DNA of 10,975 nucleotides from a virus (Duplodnaviria; Heunggongvirae; Uroviricota; Caudoviricetes): IMG/VR virus record IMGVR_UViG_2545824708_000027, positions 1 to 10,975 of that record; one strand, 5' to 3'. Shown piece by piece: positions 6,895 to 10,975 of this stretch (position 1 is its first letter; each line of letters starts with the position of its first letter). The notes under the pieces were generated by a model. It saw only the letters and a program-made list of their open reading frames with translations, ran no database searches and was not told where the DNA came from. The position numbers and the translations under genes were made by a program.

Positions 6895-7032
6895 ATGATA
6901 CCGATATCCCCGTTAATCCTAGTCTGGATAATCGGAATAATAATTGAGCCAGTTATTGAATTGTATAACGACGTGGTATGGGCGTCATTCAACACACTGC
7001 ACAATAAAATTAATCCGTATAAGGAAAACTGA
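6895..7032 (+). CDS. Candidate small hydrophobic (single transmembrane helix) peptide, 45 aa; manually found
   Basis: ATG 6895, translation MIPISPLILVWIIGIIIEPVIELYNDVVWASFNTLHNKINPYKEN, stop TGA 7030-7032 one nt before the next gene's ATG (7034). No SD; several rare ATA codons; in-frame upstream extension is also hydrophobic but lacks a canonical start. Confidence 0.3.
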   Translation: MIPISPLILVWIIGIIIEPVIELYNDVVWASFNTLHNKINPYKEN

Positions 7033-7033
7033 T

Positions 7034-7297
7034 ATGGCAACTTTGACAAAAAAAGAACGGGCATGGTTGAACGAATTACAGGAAGTTCTTGATCGCTGTC
7101 CATCACCGAAAAAAATTGGCTTTTACACCATTGGCGATAAAAGCATTTACCTGTATGACCTACGCCGCATGGATGAAATCATGGAGGCTCTTGATAATCG
7201 TTCGTCGATGGATTGGTGTGTTGCTGTTCATGATATGAATGCAGGGTTTGATGAAAAGATTTTGTTCCCCTCATCAGTTGAAAGCACTGCGGGTTAA
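7034..7297 (+). CDS. Hypothetical phage protein (87 aa)
   Basis: Internal ATG of tracked ORF 6944..7297, preferred because of SD AAGGA (7022-7026) 7 nt upstream; ends at TAA inside the SD of the following gene. Confidence 0.6.
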   Translation: MATLTKKERAWLNELQEVLDRCPSPKKIGFYTIGDKSIYLYDLRRMDEIMEALDNRSSMDWCVAVHDMNAGFDEKILFPSSVESTAG

Positions 7298-7307
7298 GGA
7301 GTAACAC

Positions 7308-8114
7308 ATGACCACTATTACCAAAGAACGTATTGAATTGTTCATTAAAAATCCGCTTGAAAACGGGCTTACCCGTGGTGAACAAATGGAACTGGCACGG
7401 ATTGCGCTGGCATCGCTGGAAGCAGATCCAGTTAAACGAGTTAACTCAGATCAGATGCGCCGAGTCTGCTTAGAAGCTAATCGCCATTTAGATAAATATG
7501 ACGCGATGGCGAAAGAGGTAAATAAGTTGCTTGGACGCATCGCCCCGCCAGCGCCGGTAGTGCCGGAAGAAGCAACTCCGGAAAACGTAGAAATGCTCTC
7601 TGGCTATGTTTCAACGTACAAATTAACCGATAGCGAGCGCGATATTGCTGCCGAAATATGGAACGCCTGCCGCGCTGCCATGCTTCATAGTGCCGAACCT
7701 GCAAGTAATCATGAAGAGTTGCCGCTTGATTATCTCCAAGGTCAAAAAGATGGTCTTGAATGGGCTGCGCAGCTTGCAGAAGCAAATCACCCACAAACTG
7801 GCGACTGGCTTTACGATGACCCGCTGGAGCTGGCTAAAGCTATCAGAAAAGGTCCTGACATGCCCGAATTCGATGGACCAACTCCGGTAACTCCGGATGG
7901 TTGGATAAGCTGTAGTGAGCGAATGCCGGATACCAAAACAGCCGTTCTTGTTGCCAAGGAGTTTGATAGGAAAGGTGACTGGCGAATGAAATGGGCGACT
8001 TACATCCCGGGGCATCCTGACGCTAATGATGGGTGGATAATTCCTGGGGCGTCGTGGAAACCGTCACACTGGATGCCGCTACCAGAACCGCCTCAGGAGG
8101 TTAACCGTGGCTAA
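7308..8114 (+). CDS. Phage protein with C-terminal DUF551-like domain (268 aa)
   Basis: ORF track; SD AAGGAG 6 nt upstream; C-terminal tryptophan-rich segment DGWISCSERMPDTKTAVLV...GDWRMKW...DGWIIPGASWKPSHWMPLPEPP resembles the DUF551 pattern (memory). Confidence 0.65.
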   Translation: MTTITKERIELFIKNPLENGLTRGEQMELARIALASLEADPVKRVNSDQMRRVCLEANRHLDKYDAMAKEVNKLLGRIAPPAPVVPEEATPENVEMLSGYVSTYKLTDSERDIAAEIWNACRAAMLHSAEPASNHEELPLDYLQGQKDGLEWAAQLAEANHPQTGDWLYDDPLELAKAIRKGPDMPEFDGPTPVTPDGWISCSERMPDTKTAVLVAKEFDRKGDWRMKWATYIPGHPDANDGWIIPGASWKPSHWMPLPEPPQEVNRG

Positions 8115-8388
8115 CCTGCAACTTGCCGTCAAAGGTGAATACTTCGATGCCATGATTCGCGGAGAGAAAACGGAAGAGTATCGCCTGTGTAATGACTATT
8201 GGAATAAGCGAATTATGTTCAGGGAGTATGACCGCCTGATTATCACAAAGGGATATCCGAAGCGCGACGACTCCAGTCGCAGAATTGATGTTCCGTATGG
8301 AGGATATGAAGTGAAAACAATCACACCCCCCCACTTCGGTGATAAACCGGTAAAGGTATACGCGATAAAGGTGAATATCAATTGCTAA
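8107..8388 (+). CDS. ASCH/DUF3850-like (PUA-fold) small protein, 93 aa, GTG start
   Basis: ORF track; GTG 8107 with strong SD AGGAGG (8094-8099); overlaps the previous gene by 8 nt; N-terminal motif VKGEYFDAMIRGEKTEEYR resembles the ASCH-type G-x-K-x-x-E-x-R signature. Confidence 0.55.
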   Translation: MANLQLAVKGEYFDAMIRGEKTEEYRLCNDYWNKRIMFREYDRLIITKGYPKRDDSSRRIDVPYGGYEVKTITPPHFGDKPVKVYAIKVNINC

Positions 8389-8407
8389 ATTAGTAGCATA
8401 GCATAAA

Positions 8408-8436
8408 GATGCTTGCATTAATGAAGTGTGTATAAT
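8408..8436 (+). promoter_or_regulatory. Candidate sigma70 promoter with consensus -10 TATAAT (8431-8436) and weak -35; upstream AGCAT repeats and a short palindrome
   Basis: Perfect TATAAT at 8431-8436 in an AT-rich intergenic region after the long operon; AGCAT AGCAT AAAG ATGCT repeat/palindrome at 8395-8413; about 65 nt upstream of the next small gene. Confidence 0.35.
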
Positions 8437-8500
8437 AACGCCTCATCAATAGTAAACTACTGAAATAGCAAAAAAATGCATATTAAAGAGGATTCGAAAA

Positions 8501-8692
8501 TTGAAAATGTTCATGCAAATAGACAGACGCATAGATATTAATGGCAATTCATACTTAGTTAGATGCGAAGAGAGGCCTAACGGTGAGTGGCGTGTATATG
8601 ATATTGACCGTAAGATCAATATCAGCACCATGAACAAAGACACTGCCTTTGATGAATGGAAAGCTGAAGCTAAAAAACAACATAATTCGTAG
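8501..8692 (+). CDS. Hypothetical small protein (63 aa; start could be TTG 8501 or ATG 8507)
   Basis: ORF track; SD GAGGA (8488-8492) 8 nt before TTG 8501; translation MKMFMQIDRRIDINGNSYLVRCEERPNGEWRVYDIDRK...; followed by an intrinsic terminator. Confidence 0.5.
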   Translation: MKMFMQIDRRIDINGNSYLVRCEERPNGEWRVYDIDRKINISTMNKDTAFDEWKAEAKKQHNS

Positions 8693-8733
8693 AATTACAA
8701 AAACCCTAACCAATTGATGGATTTCTTTTATCT

Positions 8734-8758
8734 GAACTCGCTACGGCGAGTTTTGTTT
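8734..8758 (+). terminator. Rho-independent terminator (or attenuator) directly upstream of the 55-aa gene's RBS
   Basis: Stem AACTCGC / GCGAGTT with loop TACG, followed by TTTTGTTTT. Confidence 0.6.
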
Positions 8759-8772
8759 TATGGAGATGATAA

Positions 8773-8940
8773 ATGCACTTCCGAGTCACAGGTGAATGGA
8801 ATGGAGAACCATTCAACAGAGTTATCGAAGCGGAGAACATCAACGACTGCTATGACCACTGGATGATATGGGCGCAGATAGCGCATGCAGACGTAACCAA
8901 TATTCGAATTGAAGAACTGAAAGAACACCAAGCCGCCTGA
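8773..8940 (+). CDS. Small protein (55 aa), manually found; possibly YpdJ-like
   Basis: ATG 8773 with SD GGAG (8762-8765), in-frame stop just upstream; translation MHFRVTGEWNGEPFNRVIEAENINDCYDHWMIWAQIAHADVTNIRIEELKEHQAA; stop TGA lies in the loop of a downstream terminator hairpin. Homology assignment is unverified. Confidence 0.5.
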   Translation: MHFRVTGEWNGEPFNRVIEAENINDCYDHWMIWAQIAHADVTNIRIEELKEHQAA

Positions 8941-8954
8941 TGGCGGTTTTTTAT
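8932..8954 (+). terminator. Rho-independent terminator overlapping the stop codon of the 55-aa gene
   Basis: Stem GCCGCC / GGCGG(T) with loop TGAT, followed by TTTTTT (8947-8952). Confidence 0.65.
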
Positions 8955-8962
8955 TGCCTGAT

Positions 8963-8978
8963 TTGCAGGTTCGATTCC
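8963..8978 (+). other. 16-nt fragment identical to a tRNA T-arm region (TTGCAGGTTCGATTCC), as I recall tRNA-Arg argW; tRNA-derived att-region remnant
   Basis: Contains the canonical T-loop motif GGTTCGATTCC; the flanks do not form a tRNA; lies 20 nt upstream of the torI start. Confidence 0.45.
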
Positions 8979-8997
8979 CTATTCGGAGATAGCACTC

Positions 8998-9198
8998 ATG
9001 CAACACGAACTACAACCTGATTCACTGGTTGATTTGAAATTCATCATGGCTGATACTGGCTTCGGTAAGACCTTCATCTATGACCGGATTAAGTCCGGCG
9101 ACCTGCCAAAAGCCAAAGTTATCCACGGGCGAGCAAGATGGTTATATCGTGACCATTGTGAATTCAAAAATAAGCTATTAAGCCGCGCCAATGGGTAA
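8998..9198 (+). CDS. torI: TorI-type excisionase / recombination directionality factor (AlpA-family winged-helix protein), 66 aa
   Basis: ORF track; translation MQHELQPDSLVDLKFIMADTGFGKTFIYDRIKSGDLPKAKVIHGRARWLYRDHCEFKNKLLSRANG matches my recollection of E. coli KplE1 TorI in sequence and length; AlpA/Xis-type HTH pattern; located at the prophage end next to the att core. Confidence 0.8.
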   Translation: MQHELQPDSLVDLKFIMADTGFGKTFIYDRIKSGDLPKAKVIHGRARWLYRDHCEFKNKLLSRANG

Positions 9199-9214
9199 AA
9201 TAGCGGGTAAAATA
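9193..9214 (+). repeat. Direct repeat GGGTAAAATA x2 (9193-9202 and 9205-9214) overlapping the torI stop; candidate arm-type recombinase or RDF binding sites
   Basis: Two perfect 10-bp copies separated by 2 bp, about 60-80 bp from the att core. Confidence 0.35.
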
Positions 9215-9271
9215 TTTCTCACATCTAAAAAATACCATTCCAATCAATCCCCTGCTGCCTCAAGTAGATGT

Positions 9272-9286
9272 CTGCAGGGGACACCA
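9272..9286 (+). other. Candidate attR core: 15-nt match to the 3' end of tRNA-Arg (CTGCAGGGGACACCA), not part of a complete tRNA gene
   Basis: The upstream 60 nt do not encode the rest of a tRNA; sits inside an inverted repeat CCCCTGC (9249-9255) / GCAGGGG (9274-9280); phage-type genes to the left, host permease to the right. Confidence 0.6.
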
Positions 9287-9727
9287 GATACCCTTCAAAC
9301 GAAATCTACCTTCACCCCGTAAAAGATGGGTTTGGCAGCACACTTGCCTTATATCTACTCATTTTTACTGCAACAGGTTGAAATCTCAGCACTGTCAGAA
9401 AGCGCTGATGACTAAACAGCCCTGAGCCGGGCGATGTAACCATCACACAGAATCCTGATAGCGAAATATGGCGTGACTCGATACTTCACTCCGCAATGCA
9501 TTCCTTGATGAATTCGCAGGACCGTGATACACGGGACAGGTCACTGAATGACGACAATGTCCTGGAAATCAGCGAACCGCGCATCTGAAGTACATTTGAG
9601 CGACTGTACCAGAACATGAATGAGGCGTTTGGATTAGGCGATTATTAGCAGGGCTAAGCATTTTACTATTATTATTTTCCGGTTGAGGGATATAGAGCTA
9701 TCGACAACAACCGGAAAAAGTTTACGT

Positions 9728-10975
9728 CTATATTGCTGAAGGTACAGGCGTTTCCATAACTATTTGCTCGCGTTTTTTACTCAAGAAGAAAATGCCAAAT
9801 AGCAACATCAGGCAGACAATACCCGAAATTGCGAAGAAAACTGTCTGGTAGCCTGCGTGGTCAAAGAGTATCCCAGTCGGCGTTGAAAGCAGCACAATCC
9901 CAAGCGAACTGGCAATTTGAAAACCAATCAGAAAGATCGTCGACGACAAGCGCTTATCAAAGTTTGCCACGCTGTATTTGAAGACGGATATGACACAAAG
10001 TGGAACCTCAATGGCATGTAACAACTTCACTAATGAAATAATCCAGGGGTTAACGAACAGCGCGCAGGAAAGGATACGCAACGCCATAATCACAACTCCG
10101 ATAAGTAATGCATTTTTTGGCCCTACCCGATTCACAAAGAAAGGAATAATCGCCATGCACAGCGCTTCGAGTACCACCTGGAATGAGTTGAGATAACCAT
10201 ACAGGCGCGTTCCTACATCGTGTGATTCGAATAAACCTGCATAAAAGACAGGAAAAAGTTGTTGATCAAAAATGTTATAGAAAGACCACGTCCCCACAAT
10301 AAATATGACGAAAACCCAGAAGTTTCGATCCTTGAAAACTGCGATAAAATCCTCTTTTTTTACCCCTCCCGCATCTGCCGCTACGCACTGGTGATCCTTA
10401 TCTTTAAAACGCATGTTGATCATCATAAATACAGCGCCAAATAGCGAGACCAACCAGAAGTTGATATGGGGACTGATACTAAAAAATATGCCGGCAAAGA
10501 ACGCGCCAATAGCATAGCCAAAAGATCCCCAGGCGCGCGCTGTTCCATATTCGAAATGAAAATTTCGCGCCATTTTTTCGGTGAAGCTATCAAGCAAACC
10601 GCATCCCGCCAGATACCCCAAGCCAAAAAATAGCGCCCCCAGAATTAGACCTACAGAAAAATTGCTTTGCAGTAACGGTTCATAAACGTAAATCATAAAC
10701 GGTCCGGTCAAGACCAGGATGAAACTCATACACCAGATGAGCGGTTTCTTCAGACCGAGTTTATCCTGAACGATGCCGTAGAACATCATAAATAGAATGC
10801 TGGTAAACTGGTTGACCGAATAAAGTGTACCTAATTCCGTCCCTGTCAACCCTAGATGTCCTTTCAGCCAAATAGCGTATAACGACCACCACAGCGACCA
10901 GGAAATAAAAAAGAGAAATGAGTAACTGGATGCAAAACGATAGTACGCATTTCTGAATGGAATATTCAGTGCCAT
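9728..10975 (-). CDS. cscB: LacY-family oligosaccharide:H+ symporter; sequence recognised as sucrose permease CscB (415 aa, complete; start codon is the last 3 nt of the window)
   Basis: ORF track; 12-TM MFS hydrophobicity pattern; clear similarity to LacY along the whole length; N-terminus MALNIPFRNAYYRFASSYSFLFFISWSLWWSLYAIW matches my recollection of E. coli CscB. Confidence 0.9.
   Translation of the reverse strand: MALNIPFRNAYYRFASSYSFLFFISWSLWWSLYAIWLKGHLGLTGTELGTLYSVNQFTSILFMMFYGIVQDKLGLKKPLIWCMSFILVLTGPFMIYVYEPLLQSNFSVGLILGALFFGLGYLAGCGLLDSFTEKMARNFHFEYGTARAWGSFGYAIGAFFAGIFFSISPHINFWLVSLFGAVFMMINMRFKDKDHQCVAADAGGVKKEDFIAVFKDRNFWVFVIFIVGTWSFYNIFDQQLFPVFYAGLFESHDVGTRLYGYLNSFQVVLEALCMAIIPFFVNRVGPKNALLIGVVIMALRILSCALFVNPWIISLVKLLHAIEVPLCVISVFKYSVANFDKRLSSTIFLIGFQIASSLGIVLLSTPTGILFDHAGYQTVFFAISGIVCLMLLFGIFFLSKKREQIVMETPVPSAI

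Larger units (their letters stand above)
1..9286. mobile_element. Prophage right arm (lambdoid, Rac/Qin-like immunity-replication module, KplE1/CPS-53-type end with TorI); left boundary outside the window
   Basis: Contiguous phage-type gene order (small early-left genes, CI-like repressor, Cro-like, CII-like, O-like, DnaC-like, accessory genes, excisionase) ending at a 15-nt match to a tRNA-Arg 3' end at 9272-9286, followed by a host sugar-permease gene. Exact right boundary is inferred. Confidence 0.7.

Noticed and set aside
6811-6895. Tiny ORFs after the GNRA hairpin (6 codons at 6811; 26 codons at 6815)
   Set aside because: Too short and featureless to support as genes, although the AGGAGG-hairpin-ATG arrangement is noted in the findings.
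6828-7106. Minus-strand 92-aa ORF spanning the operon gap
   Set aside because: Its start would lie inside the SD-supported plus-strand gene at 7034; no SD; opposite to the operon direction. The plus-strand 45-aa ORF is the more economical reading, though itself uncertain.
7179-8418. Minus-strand ORFs (68, 105, 130, 105, 61 aa) and plus-strand 81-aa ORF within the DUF551-like and ASCH-like genes
   Set aside because: Antisense or alternate-frame to well-supported genes with strong SDs; no independent support.
8758-9006. Minus-strand 82-aa ORF covering the 55-aa gene and the torI start
   Set aside because: It runs through two plus-strand terminators and overlaps the torI start; the plus-strand 55-aa ORF has an SD and a terminator placed exactly at its stop.
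8963-9286. A complete tRNA-Arg gene
   Set aside because: Only 15-16-nt pieces matching the T-arm and 3' acceptor end are present; the D-arm and anticodon arm are absent, so these are att-type remnants rather than a tRNA.
9978-10626. Short ORFs inside and antisense to the permease gene
   Set aside because: Embedded in a full-length 12-TM transporter CDS; chance ORFs.
1-10975. CRISPR arrays, IS elements or transposases, integrase, rRNA
   Set aside because: No regularly spaced repeat-spacer structure, no terminal inverted repeats with a transposase-like ORF, no recombinase-like ORF, and no rRNA-like sequence were seen.

Overview
This window looks like the right arm (about 9.3 kb) of a lambdoid prophage joined to host chromosome. 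The prophage part has a Rac/Qin-like immunity and replication module: a CI-like repressor (minus strand) with its own terminator, a leftward operon of four small proteins, then a long rightward operon (Cro/YdaS-like, YdaT/CII-like, an O-like initiator with an internal iteron array, a DnaC-like helicase loader, about ten small uncharacterised accessory genes) ending in a TorI-type excisionase. A 15-nt sequence that I recall as the 3' end of tRNA-Arg (argW) sits at 9272-9286 and probably marks attR; no complete tRNA, integrase, lysis or structural genes are in the window. Host DNA follows, with a full LacY-family permease that I recognise as sucrose permease CscB (minus strand, 9728-10975). No single obvious novel system stands out; the best candidates are the small-gene leftward operon next to the repressor, a CI repressor whose S24 catalytic serine is replaced by alanine, the iteron array, a small hydrophobic ORF in an operon gap, and tRNA-derived fragments flanking torI. 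All family names and homologies are from reading the translations and memory, not from searches.
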